64,000 nt of DNA from the human T2T-CHM13v2.0 reference genome, Homo sapiens, in the NCBI RefSeq assembly GCF_009914755.1, contig NC_060947.1, one strand, 5' to 3'. How positions within the stretch are numbered: position 1 is the first letter of the stretch; every line of letters starts with the position of its first letter. Positions 1-12,081 of the stretch are shown piece by piece. The position numbers and the translations under genes were made by a program. The notes under the pieces were generated by a model. The model was not told the origin of the DNA and ran no database searches. It saw only the letters and a program-made list of their open reading frames with translations.

Positions 1-394
1 TCCTAGTGGGCCAGGCCTAGATGCAGCACCCATCACTTCTGCCCATGCTCCACTGGCTGGAACTGAGTCACTGGCCTTACCTCCATGCAAGAGAGGCAAC
101 AGGATGTGCTTTAGCCATGTGCCCAGCTGCACAAGGCTAAAGCACAGCCATAACTAGCAACTAGATAACTAGCAAGTATCTACAACAGAAAAATGTCGCA
201 TTCTAAGATGGGATGCAGTTAGCATTTGGGATGAGATGATTTTTCGTTATGTAGAACTGTCTCATGCATTGGGGGACATTTAGCATCCCTGGACCTTGAC
301 CATTTAAATCCATGAGTGTGCCCTGTCATAGTGACAACCCCAGATACCTCTATATATAGCCATAGGTCCCTTAGGGGTGTGATATAGTTGGAAA

Positions 395-1190
395 GTGACA
401 GAAACTGGCCTGAGGAACACTCACATGAGGGTGTCCACACTGTAGCACTGATACTGATGACAAGGAGAGGCTCCTACTCTGAGAAACTGTACAGAGGGTC
501 ACATCTGACAGGGACAGAGACAATCTTGGGTAGAACAATCTACACCACAGAGGACCCTGACAGTCTGGGCAAGGAGACAGCCACACCCTGTCCAGATAAC
601 CCTGCTGGCCTGCTGGAGGAGATGTCTACATGCCACAGGACCTGGCCATCTGGAAGGAGGAGGTGGGGAGGTGTCCACACCCTGAGGGCTCCTGACAGTG
701 GGCGGGGGAAGGAGTCCTGATAATCTGCAGGAAGTCCATGTCCCACAGTGACCCCAGTGACCTGGAGGAAGAGCTTGTGCTCTCCACACTCTAGAGGACC
801 TGGTGGTCTGACTTAGGAAGTGTTCACACCCATGTTGTCATGACAGGAAAAAGAAGTGTCCTCACCCCAGAGGGATCCGGACAGCCTGGAGATCTAGTCT
901 ACACCCAAGGGCACCCTGACAGTATCGGGGGAAGTGTCCATGCCCTCAATGTCCTGACGCTCTGGAGGAAGTGTCCAGAGGTTGAAGGAACCCAAACTCT
1001 CTGGAGGAGATGTCCAGACCCCATAGGACCCAGACAGTCCACCGTCCTAGGGGCTGCACAGAGCAGGAAGTATCTCAGCCTCACTGTACTGGCATCTGGA
1101 GGAAACACTGTCTACCACACAGGGTCCTGACAGTCGAGGAGGAAGACTACACCCCAAGGGCAGCCTCAGACCCTCCTGGGCCTGAGACTT
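395..1190. repeat. Degenerate 37-39 bp minisatellite in SUV39H1 intron (approx. GGAGGAAGTGTCCACACCCTNAGGGNNCCTGACAGTCT)
   Basis: (G/A)TGTCCA recurs at 934, 971 and 1010 (spacings 37 and 39); CCTGACAG and variants recur throughout; units are heavily diverged. Confidence 0.7.
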
Positions 1191-1394
1191 TTCTGGCTGC
1201 TCTTCCTTAGTGTCAGTGTCTTTAATCCTCCCAGGGATCCTCTCAGCCCTGTCCTCACCCTTCCTGCTCTCCACACATTCTTGCTGCACTATTTCCTGAC
1301 CGCCCTCCAGCACCCTCAGACCCATGGGTCCTCCTGATGGTGCCACAGGCCTCCGGAAAGAGCCAAACTCATCTTCCCGCATTCCCCTCTGAAG

Positions 1395-1620
1395 AGACAG
1401 TATAGCAAATGGTTAGGAGGGTGGACTCTGGATCCTGACTGCCCGAGGCTGAATCCCAGCTCCACTACTCATCAGCAATCACTAACCTCTGTGCCTGCAT
1501 TTACTATGTAAAATGGGAACAATAATAGCACTCACCTCACAGGCTTGTTACAAAAATTAAATGAGTTACTATGTATCAAGCACTTGGAAAAAGCACTTGA
1601 ACAGTGTTCAGTACACAGTA
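1395..1620 (+). mobile_element. MIR SINE
   Basis: MIR core-like text: gaatcccagctccactact ... ctctgtgcct ... tgtaaaatgggaacaataatagcac ... aaattaaatgag. Confidence 0.75.
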
Positions 1621-2279
1621 AGTTTGATACAAATGTTATCAGCATAGTTCAAACTTCAGCAAATCCAAAATGTCTGGAAGACCAAGTTTTTTTGTAACCC
1701 ATCTGGCTACAGGACCCAGCCTGACCGGATAGGGTCCTATTTGTAGTTTTTATTTATCCTACTTGGGGTAATAGTCATACATTTCGTTGCAGCAGTTCTA
1801 ATTTACTTGATTCTGTAGTGCCGTCCCAGATGCTGCCAGGGTGTTACGGAATCAAGGGCCTATCTGCACACCATGCTATCTACTGTCCTTCTTCAGCTGG
1901 GACATGTACTGACAGTCTGTACCAAGAGCTCCCTCCACGGGAGCTGCCCTTCCCTCCTTTGCAGCCTCCCACATTGGGTCAGAACTTTCACGTTCCTGCA
2001 GAACATTCCCATCCTCACCCAAGAGACAATGCCAGCCTATTTTATCCATTCTAAAACATGCATTTTCTTCCTATTTTAACATCTCGGAAATGAAGATGTC
2101 TTAATTAAATCATGGTGTATCATTTATAATTAACAGCAGTTTTTCCTTTCTTGGTAAAGGGCACATAAAATTAAGGGTGTGCCTTACATTTATAACTGGT
2201 CCTCATAACCACTCCTAACATTGCTCACTCTCCTATCAGAAACAGGAACACCTTTCACGTCCATGATCTTGTATGGATC

Positions 2280-2390
2280 TTTACAACAGCCCCTGTCAGG
2301 TTGGGATTTTGTCACTGTCATTCCCATTCTGCAGATGAGAAAACTGAGGCCCAGAGAGGTAGAATAACTTGATTAAAATCACAAAAGTAG
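2280..2390 (-). mobile_element. MIR SINE fragment
   Basis: cccattctgcagatgagaaaactgaggcccagagaggt matches the MIR core in reverse orientation. Confidence 0.75.
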
Positions 2391-4745
2391 TACAATGGAT
2401 AAAAAAATAAAGGCCCAAATAATATCTAAAACTGGTACCCTGCCAGGCTGTAGCTTTTTTTTTTTTTTTTTAGCTGAGGAAACAGGCACAGAGAGAACAT
2501 TCAGGATCCCATATCCAGGAGGGGGCAGAGCAGCAGCTGACTCCAAGTCTTCTAGTTCCCATTCACGTCAGCACCCTCTCGGAACTGCCAGCTTACAGCC
2601 TGTCTTTTCCATTCATTCTGGAGAGCTGTTAGGGAGCAGAGACAGGCCCATCTGTTCCCAAGCTTTCAGGGTTGACCAATCATTAGAGAATGGGACTGAA
2701 AAGAAGATGAGAAGGAACCAAGAAGTGTTTGTGCCCTGGAGGGCCTGCAGTATGACTCACTCCTGGTGAGACTGGGAGAGCAGGTAGTGGCAGAATAGGC
2801 ATGAAGATGGAGACTAGGAAGGATGTGGGCACTCCTCCTGGCTCAAGGAGGGCCTACGGTGAAAAAGATGGCTCATACCCCACCCACTAGGCCTGTGAGC
2901 CTGGGAGAGGCTGCCCTTTGATCCCAGGACTTGATCAGACAAGTGGCCAGCTTCTGAGGTAGGGGAGGAACGGGAAGCTTGGAAGGCTGCCTAGAGAGGT
3001 CCCATCTGTTTGAGCTGATGCCACAAGGAAGACTGTTCTCCAGGAGGTGAAGGGAGACTGATCTTGACATATTCCACCCTCATGTTGTGGCCCTTAGGAG
3101 AGAGTCCCCACTCTTCCACCAGGTGGTAAAGCCCTTTTATGATCTGCAACTCGTTTTAGAGAATCCGTCTCTTCTCCATTCCCCCTCAAGCCCTAAGCAC
3201 TGTTTCCTGATCACAGTCTTACACTGTGGGTGTGTGAATCTGTCTCTCTGTGACCAGACTTTGACCCCTTGAGGGCAGGGACCAATCCTGGTTCCTGTGT
3301 ATCCCCTACCCACCTGTGACCCCTGAGAGTGGACCGGGCCTGGTCCCTGTGTCTCCCTGATCAGACCGTGAGCCCTGCATGCTGGGACTGGGCACAAGGA
3401 AGGCCTCAATAAAAACCCTGGCAAGGGAGCCAGGTTCCTCAAGGAACAGAACTGGAGCACGGGGCAGTGGGTAGTGTGGCCCGAGGCAGGGTAAATCTTG
3501 GTTTCCTCAAGGCATTGTTAGTCAGCCTTTGGCATGGAACACAGCCTTGAGGGGACAGCCAGGGAGAACACCAGTGTGGCCATCCTAGCTAAGGAGATGG
3601 ATTCCCAAGTCAGAAGGGCATGGTCACCGGCCCACATGAGGGTGAGCAAGGAAGGAAGCCCGAGAGGGGTCTCTGGAGAAGGGAGGGGAAGGAAGAAGTG
3701 TGGCGGGGGAGTACTGGAGCTACCTGGAGGGCCGCCACTTGGACAGAGGACAGGCTGCTAAGCCAGGAAGCAGAATCAAAGTAAACAGCAGTCCCCATGT
3801 GTCTCCTGTGTGCTGTGCACTGTTCTTGGCTGAGGTACAGTGGGACCCCTACCCAGGGAAGGGCCTGGTCAGCTACGCTTGGGGATTGGCAGGAGGCTGC
3901 CGTTGCTGGCCTCAGGGAAGAGGGGCCATGGGGCCGGAGATTTGTTGGCGTGGATTGGGAGGCAAGGACAGGCTGGGGCTAGGATGGCAGCAAAGCTTCC
4001 CATTTCCTAGGACAGGTAGGGAACCAGCTGGGGAGGAGGCACCCACTGCCGTCTGAAGCACCAGTTGGCACTGCGCAGCCCTGGGCCGAGGGAGAGCTTC
4101 TCTCACTGTGCTCTCCCTTCATCTTTCCTCCTCCTCTGCTGCTGTCTCTGAAGTGTGTGGCCTCAGCCTCTTTCTGGCTCTCTGAACCTGGGCCTCCCTC
4201 TGCCTCTGCCTCCACCTCTCTTGTCTTGAGGCCCTTGCCCCCTTTCCCCATGGCCTGGGTCTCTTCTTCCCCTCTCTCCACGCCCTCCCTGCTGGGTCCT
4301 GCATGGGCTCAGGCTCCCTTGCCTGGATCAGTAAGTATCTCTCCCTGTGGCACCCTGGGTCACTTTCTTTCTTGCCCTTGCTTTGGTCTCTCCTGATCAC
4401 CTTCCTGCTCCGTCCCAAGGCACTGGAGGCTCCAGGGGTTCTTGGGCAGCTCTTGCTGGGTGGCGGCAGGAGGTGCTCGCGTGGCCCCAGTTGGGCCCTG
4501 CAGCCAGGCCAGCCTGCACTCACCGCCAGGGACTCCTCCTGCTAGCCAGAGGCCTGAGGCGGGCCAGGCAGTTGCCAGCTGAGGCCCAGCTCCTCAGGAA
4601 GGGCCGACAGACTCTCTGCGTCACTGCCCATGTGTGTCCACGGGCAGGGGTGCCTCCTGCTCCCTGTCCTTCAGAAGTCAGGAGCAGTGCCGGCTTTCCT
4701 GAGACTTCGCGGCCAATCTCCCCTTACCCATGGCCCTTTCCCTAG

Positions 4746-4892
4746 ATCATTACCTCAGAGGAGGCAGAGCGGCGGGGCCAGATCTACGACCGTCAGGGCG
4801 CCACCTACCTCTTTGACCTGGACTACGTGGAGGACGTGTACACCGTGGATGCCGCCTACTATGGCAACATCTCCCACTTTGTCAACCACAGT
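4746..4892 (+). CDS. SUV39H1: SUV39H1 histone H3K9 methyltransferase, internal coding exon (SET domain)
   Basis: Flanked by cctag| and |gtgggt; 147 nt reading [49 protein letters not shown], the SUV39H1 SET sequence ending in the NHS(C) motif. Confidence 0.98.
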
Positions 4893-4978
4893 GTGGGTAC
4901 CCCCGGCAGGCGGGCAAGGGGTCGAGAGGGGCAGGCTGGAGCCCCTCCTCACTCTCCCAACTGTTCTTTCTCGCCCAG

Positions 4979-5108
4979 TGTGACCCCAACCTGCAGGTGT
5001 ACAACGTCTTCATAGACAACCTTGACGAGCGGCTGCCCCGCATCGCTTTCTTTGCCACAAGAACCATCCGGGCAGGCGAGGAGCTCACCTTTGATTACAA
5101 CATGCAAG
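4979..5108 (+). CDS. SUV39H1: SUV39H1 penultimate coding exon (SET domain C-terminal part)
   Basis: Follows an 86-nt GT-AG intron (4893-4978); 130 nt reading [43 protein letters not shown] plus 1 nt; contains the ELTFDY motif; donor |gtgggg. Confidence 0.98.
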
Positions 5109-5917
5109 GTGGGGGTGGCAAGGGACTGGGGGCAGGGGCGCACTGTGACTTGGGACACAAGGACCCCTCCCAAAGGCACACCAGTCACTCAGAGAACCAA
5201 GGAAAATTCTTTAGCGGGAGCTTTAAGATGCTCTTCCTGACTCCCAGTCCCCCATTCGGACTACTAGACCCCTGCCTACCCCTCGAGTCCCCTCATTCCC
5301 AGCCCCTGAACCCTAACCCTGAGGCATTCATACCAACTTCTCCCAAGATTCCTGGAGAGTTAAGAAACTCCTGACTCCAGTCTTGACTGAGTTTCCCTCA
5401 TCCCCCAGCCCCTCCCCACTCCTAGCTCCCTTTGGCCTTCTTCATCCCAAGCCTCTGGACACCCTTGTGGCCTCCAGCCAGTCCCCTCCTTGATAAGCTA
5501 GCCACCTCTGAGACCCTCAAGGGCAGGTCTTTGGCAGGAGAGTTCAGATGTACCTCTGGATGCCCAGGTGGCCCTCTATTCCTGCCCCTGCCCCCCCCCA
5601 CACACCTAAAACGACCCTCCTGGTTCCTTGACGGCTCCCTGCCTCCCCCAGCATTCTTCAACCCCTGGCCTGAACAACCTCCAGTGCTGAGCCCTGGCCC
5701 TAGCCCCAAACCACCAACCCTAAGATCTCCCAACTCAAATCCCAGAGTTGCTCCCAGCCCCAAAGATCCTTGGTCTCATGGTATAAAGGGTAGTGGGACC
5801 CTTCATCCAGGCCTTCTAACAAGTCCCCTGCCTCCTTCCCTACCTTCCTCCCTCCCTCCTTCTCCCCCTCCCTCCCTGCCTCCTTCCCTCCTCTCCTCCC
5901 TGGCTGTGACTCCACAG

Positions 5918-6051
5918 TGGACCCCGTGGACATGGAGAGCACCCGCATGGACTCCAACTTTGGCCTGGCTGGGCTCCCTGGCTCCCCTAAGAAGCGGGTC
6001 CGTATTGAATGCAAGTGTGGGACTGAGTCCTGCCGCAAATACCTCTTCTAG
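5918..6051 (+). CDS. SUV39H1: SUV39H1 last coding exon (post-SET domain, stop codon)
   Basis: Acceptor ccacag| with phase matching the previous exon; reads (V)[43 protein letters not shown], with the post-SET CxCx4C motif; TAG at 6049-6051. Confidence 0.98.
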
Positions 6052-7495
6052 CCCTTAGAAGTCTGAGGCCAGACTGACTGAGGGGGCCTGAAGCTACATG
6101 CACCTCCCCCACTGCTGCCCTCCTGTCGAGAATGACTGCCAGGGCCTCGCCTGCCTCCACCTGCCCCCACCTGCTCCTACCTGCTCTACGTTCAGGGCTG
6201 TGGCCGTGGTGAGGACCGACTCCAGGAGTCCCCTTTCCCTGTCCCAGCCCCATCTGTGGGTTGCACTTACAAACCCCCACCCACCTTCAGAAATAGTTTT
6301 TCAACATCAAGACTCTCTGTCGTTGGGATTCATGGCCTATTAAGGAGGTCCAAGGGGTGAGTCCCAACCCAGCCCCAGAATATATTTGTTTTTGCACCTG
6401 CTTCTGCCTGGAGATTGAGGGGTCTGCTGCAGGCCTCCTCCCTGCTGCCCCAAAGGTATGGGGAAGCAACCCCAGAGCAGGCAGACATCAGAGGCCAGAG
6501 TGCCTAGCCCGACATGAAGCTGGTTCCCCAACCACAGAAACTTTGTACTAGTGAAAGAAAGGGGGTCCCTGGGCTACGGGCTGAGGCTGGTTTCTGCTCG
6601 TGCTTACAGTGCTGGGTAGTGTTGGCCCTAAGAGCTGTAGGGTCTCTTCTTCAGGGCTGCATATCTGAGAAGTGGATGCCCACATGCCACTGGAAGGGAA
6701 GTGGGTGTCCATGGGCCACTGAGCAGTGAGAGGAAGGCAGTGCAGAGCTGGCCAGCCCTGGAGGTAGGCTGGGACCAAGCTCTGCCTTCACAGTGCAGTG
6801 AAGGTACCTAGGGCTCTTGGGAGCTCTGCGGTTGCTAGGGGCCCTGACCTGGGGTGTCATGACCGCTGACACCACTCAGAGCTGGAACCAAGATCTAGAT
6901 AGTCCGTAGATAGCACTTAGGACAAGAATGTGCATTGATGGGGTGGTGATGAGGTGCCAGGCACTGGGTAGAGCACCTGGTCCACGTGGATTGTCTCAGG
7001 GAAGCCTTGAAAACCACGGAGGTGGATGCCAGGAAAGGGCCCATGTGGCAGAAGGCAAAGTACAGGCCAAGAATTGGGGGTGGGGGAGATGGCTTCCCCA
7101 CTATGGGATGACGAGGCGAGAGGGAAGCCCTTGCTGCCTGCCATTCCCAGACCCCAGCCCTTTGTGCTCACCCTGGTTCCACTGGTCTCAAAAGTCACCT
7201 GCCTACAAATGTACAAAAGGCGAAGGTTCTGATGGCTGCCTTGCTCCTTGCTCCCCCACCCCCTGTGAGGACTTCTCTAGGAAGTCCTTCCTGACTACCT
7301 GTGCCCAGAGTGCCCCTACATGAGACTGTATGCCCTGCTATCAGATGCCAGATCTATGTGTCTGTCTGTGTGTCCATCCCGCCGACCCCCCAGACTAACC
7401 TCCAGGCATGGACTGAATCTGGTTCTCCTCTTGTACACCCCTCAACCCTATGCAGCCTGGAGTGGGCATCAATAAAATGAACTGTCGACTGAACA
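6052..7495 (+). other. SUV39H1: SUV39H1 3' UTR (~1.44 kb)
   Basis: Unique sequence between the stop codon and the first downstream AATAAA; end position is approximate. Confidence 0.85.
7471..7476 (+). terminator. Polyadenylation signal of SUV39H1
   Basis: AATAAA followed about 30 nt later by a GT-rich element (gatgtgaggtgcttgtgtgggtgg). Confidence 0.88.
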
Positions 7496-7705
7496 AACCA
7501 AGATGTGAGGTGCTTGTGTGGGTGGGGGTTGAGGGGATAGAGGCTGGGAGCTGGGTTTGCCCAGGAACATGTTCCTCAAACCTCAGCCATTTGACTCTAA
7601 TCCTCACAATTTCAGCCCCCACAGCATATCACTTACACCATCATCTATATAACATCTTGACCTAAAATAAGTTTGTTTTATACTTAAACTTTAAAATGCA
7701 CTTAA

Positions 7706-8013
<308 letters not shown>

Positions 8014-8020
8014 TTAAATT

Positions 8021-8560
8021 GACTGGTTTAGACTGGCCGTAACTGGTTTTGACTGGACTTGACCGATCTTGACCTGTGTTGGCCGACTTTGACTTGTCAT
8101 GACTGGCTGTGACTGGTGGTAGCTAGCCGTGACTGGCCTCGACTCGTTTTGACCAATCAGGACTGGCTTGGACTGGGATTGACCAGTTTTGACTGCTTAA
8201 ACTGGCTGTGATCAGCCTGGACTGGCTTGGATTGGCCTGGACTAGCAGGGACTGAAATGGATTGGTTTTGACCAGCTTTGACCAGCCTTGACTGGTCTTG
8301 GCCTGCTGTGACTAACCTGGACCAGCTGTGACTGGCTGTGACCATAATTGATTAGTTTGGACTGGCCATGACTGGCTTTGACCCATCCTGACCAGCCATG
8401 ACCAGTGGTTTCTGGCCTTGACCAGCCATGATCTCTGGTAACTGGCCTTGACTGGCCGTGATCAGCTTTGACCAACTTAGACTAGCCATAACCAGCTTTG
8501 ACCAGTCTTGACTGGCCATGATTGGTGGTGACCAGCCATGACTGGTAATGTCTGGCTGAG
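8021..8560. repeat. Degenerate 10-bp tandem repeat (GACTGGCYNT / GACCAGCYNT), about 54 units
   Basis: gactggttta gactggccgt aactggtttt gactggactt gaccgatctt ... keeps a 10-nt register with about one slip. Confidence 0.9.
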
Positions 8561-11500
8561 ACCCTGCCACCTCCTGCCTGACCAAGTGCCCAGGCCTCAG
8601 GGACTATACAGCACTGGGGGGGTGGGGGGGAGGGTAGAAGGAGTGGAGCAAAGTGGGGAGGGAGAAAACCAAATCCACTGCTGTCTAAATGGAAAAACCA
8701 TAATCACTTGCCATAAGCAAACAAAAATAACCAGAGGAATACATCAATGGAAAGGTTAAAATGTGATAATATTCTAGCTGGACCTTCCCTGCTCTTAAAG
8801 GCTTTGAACCCAAAATCTGCCTCCAGCATTCAAAATGAAAAGTTTGTGTGTGCTGGGGAAACTTTTTCTGCAAATATTTATTGAGCACCTATATGGTGCC
8901 AGGGTATAAAGTGGAGAATGAAGACCACATTTCAGATATACTTACTCATTTTCATCATCTCTCAATCTGAAAGGGAGCCAGTGCTCTTTGTTTTTGCTCA
9001 GGGACCTCACGTGCCGTGACAGATACCCAAATATTTCAAAGACCTCATACAGAGGTGGCAGGATCCCAAAAAGCCCAGAGACCTCATACACAGGGTAACC
9101 AGGACATACACAGGGCATCTAGGGTATAAGGCCTTATAGACCATATACCCTGAATATTGACCCCAAACTTCTCAGAAACCTCATACCCTGGGATACACAC
9201 CTACATATATCTCAGAGCTCTCATAATTGGACACACCGCAAGTAACACAGGCTTCACTGAAAACTATGGGCTACAGACCCTTAAACAGCTCTTAGACCTC
9301 ACATACTGCCTCATATACTGGGATTCAGACCTTAAACACATCAGAGACCTTTCCTTTGATGACAGAGATGCACAACCATCTCAAAGACCTTACAACTTGA
9401 GATGTCACTACCCAAACTATTTGGAGGCTCCACACCCTGATCATTGACTTCCAAACCGCTCAGAGACTTAGTATCCTGGGACAGACCCCCAAACAACTGA
9501 GCTGGCACACCCTGGACACAGACTGCCCAAACACCCGAGATACCTCGCCCTTTGAAAACAGATCCTTAAATGGTTCTGAAAACTCATACCTTGTATAGGG
9601 ACCCACAGATTGCTCAGAGACACCCTAGAAAACAGACAAGTAAACATCCCAGAGACCTTACACGTGAATATAGTGCCACAAACAACTTAGACTCAAGTCT
9701 TTGAAGCAGACCCCAAGAGCTTAGAGATCTCACAGCCTGGAAACAGACCCTGCTCACAGGACTCATACCTGGGAAACAAATCTGTTTACAGCTCAAACAT
9801 GACCTCACGCCTTCTGACACAGACCCCTCAACAGTTCAAAGCCAAGGCAGCCTAGTAATCAATATATTTCTATTCTATTGATAACAGACAATACCAAACA
9901 CTTCAGAGACCTCACACTTTGTAACCCCACACCCAAAGAGCTCAGAGACGTGGAAATCTGATTACAGACCTCCGGGAAACTCAGAGACTTCACAATCAGG
10001 GATAAAGATCCACCAATTTCTCAGAGAACTCACAAACTGGGACAAAAATGGACCAACAGTTCAGAGACCTCACAACCTCTTCTCAGACCACCAGACAGCC
10101 CAGAGACCTCGCACCACGGACACAATGCTAGAGAGCCCTAAAATCACTTATGCTGGAACACAGGCCCGAAAACTACTCAGAGGCTCACACCCTGGACACA
10201 GATTCCTGTTCAGAGATGTCATATACTGGACATAGAGTTCCCCAAAATAGCTCACAGCCTTTATACACCGAGACAGATCCCCAAACAGCTCAGAGGCCCC
10301 ACAGACCTGAAAGTGTGGACATAAACCCTCTATAGAGCTTAAAGACTTCACACCCTATGACAAAAACCCTGAGGAACTGAGATCACACCCCCTGGACACG
10401 GACCCCAAACAGCTTAGAAACCTCATATCCTAGGCTCAGACCCCCAAACAGTTCGGAGTCTTCCCACTCTAAACGCAGACCTCTAAATGCTTAAGGAATA
10501 TCACATCCTGGACTCAGTCCTCAAAACCATTCATGGAACTTGCCCTTTGTCCTTATCCGGAAAGATTTCAGATGGCTGATAGTCATGGACACAGATCACC
10601 AAACAGCTTTGAAACCTTTGTGCAAAGTTGGCCACAAACAGTAGAGACACTTCATAACTGGAACACAGACCCAAAACGGCTTAGGACCTCACATTGTGGA
10701 CACAGGCTCCCAAATGACTCAGAGAACTTCTAACCTGGGAGACAGACATGAAAACAGTTCAGAGATATCACATCCTGGCTAAGTATGCCCGCACAGCTCA
10801 AGCACCTCATATTATGGGACACAAACCCTCAAAGAGTTAACCTCACAACCTGAAAAGTAAACCCACAAACATGCCAAAGACCTCACACAGCAGACAGACA
10901 ATGCAAAAATGCTCAGAGTTGACAAACTTTACACCCTAGGATACAGACCCCTTAACAGCCGAGTGACCCAGTGACATACAACCCGGGCATAGACCCCCAA
11001 ATACTAGAGAGACGTCAGAAACTGATAACAGAACCCCAAACTGCTCAGAGACCCCAAACCCTAGAACCAGACCCCTAATAAGTCACAGACCTCATACCCT
11101 GGGACTGAGACTCCCTCAACAGGAACTGTCTCACTCTTGGAAACATAACAGTTGAGGGACCTCAACACCAAGGAATACAGAGATCAGAGATCTGACACTT
11201 TGGGACACAGAGGGTGAAGCACTCCAGAGGCTTGAAACAGTAAAAAGACATTATTAGTACAAAGACATCAGACTCTGGAAACAGATCCTGAAACTGCTCA
11301 GGAAAATCAACCCTAGGACAAAACCCACGGCATCACAGATAACTCATTTGTTGGGACATTGGCTCAAAACAGTTTGGCGGTGATACTCAAATACATCAGA
11401 GTTCTCATACAAGGGTACAAACACCTCACACCTGAAAAGAGAGACTGCTAAATAGTTCAGAGACATCATACTCTGCACAGGAACCACCAGAGAGTTAAGA

Positions 11501-12034
11501 AATTTCACACCTATAGACCTTCAAACAACTCAGAAAACTCACTCACTGGCGCACACACACCCATTACAAGCTCAGAGACCTTAACCCTGGAACAAACCCC
11601 TAATGAGTCAGATATATCAAACCCCGGGACTGAGCCCTCTGAAAAGGAACAGAGACTTCACGCCTGAAAATATATCCCAAACAGGTCAAGGGACTTTGAA
11701 ACCAAAAGAGCTCAGGGACCACGTATCCTAGGACACCAGTGGACAAACAGCTCAGAGACCTCACAAGGTAAACACAGTCCGCAAAACAGCCCAGTGAACT
11801 CACCCCCCTGGAATGTAGACCAGAAAAAGCGCAGAACCCTCGCATTCAGGATTCAGAATCCTTCTGAGACTTAGGGTATAGACCCCAAAATATATTTCAG
11901 AGAATTAATATGCTGGATGCAGAGTATCAACTAATTCAGAGGCCTCAAATTGTGGGACGTACACACCCAAAGAGATCAGAGAACTCACATCCTGGACATA
12001 CACCAACAAACAGACCAGGGACCTCAACCCTGTG

Positions 12035-12045
12035 ACATGTGCGCG

Positions 12046-12081
<36 letters not shown>
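12035..12081. repeat. (GC)n(AC)n compound microsatellite
   Basis: acatgt gcgcgcgcgcgcgc acacac...; uninterrupted purine-pyrimidine alternation. Confidence 0.97.

Noticed and set aside
4997-5374. 125-aa ORF beginning with SET-domain sequence
   Set aside because: It is the SUV39H1 exon read through its donor at 5109 into intron; similarity stops at YNMQ.
5432-6058. 208-aa proline-rich ORF
   Set aside because: Non-ATG start, produced by C-rich intronic low complexity, and out of frame with the real last exon.
8157-8585. Repetitive minus-strand ORFs (TASHGWS/KAGQS-like)
   Set aside because: Translations of the 10-bp array; the period is not a multiple of 3 and the frames are short.
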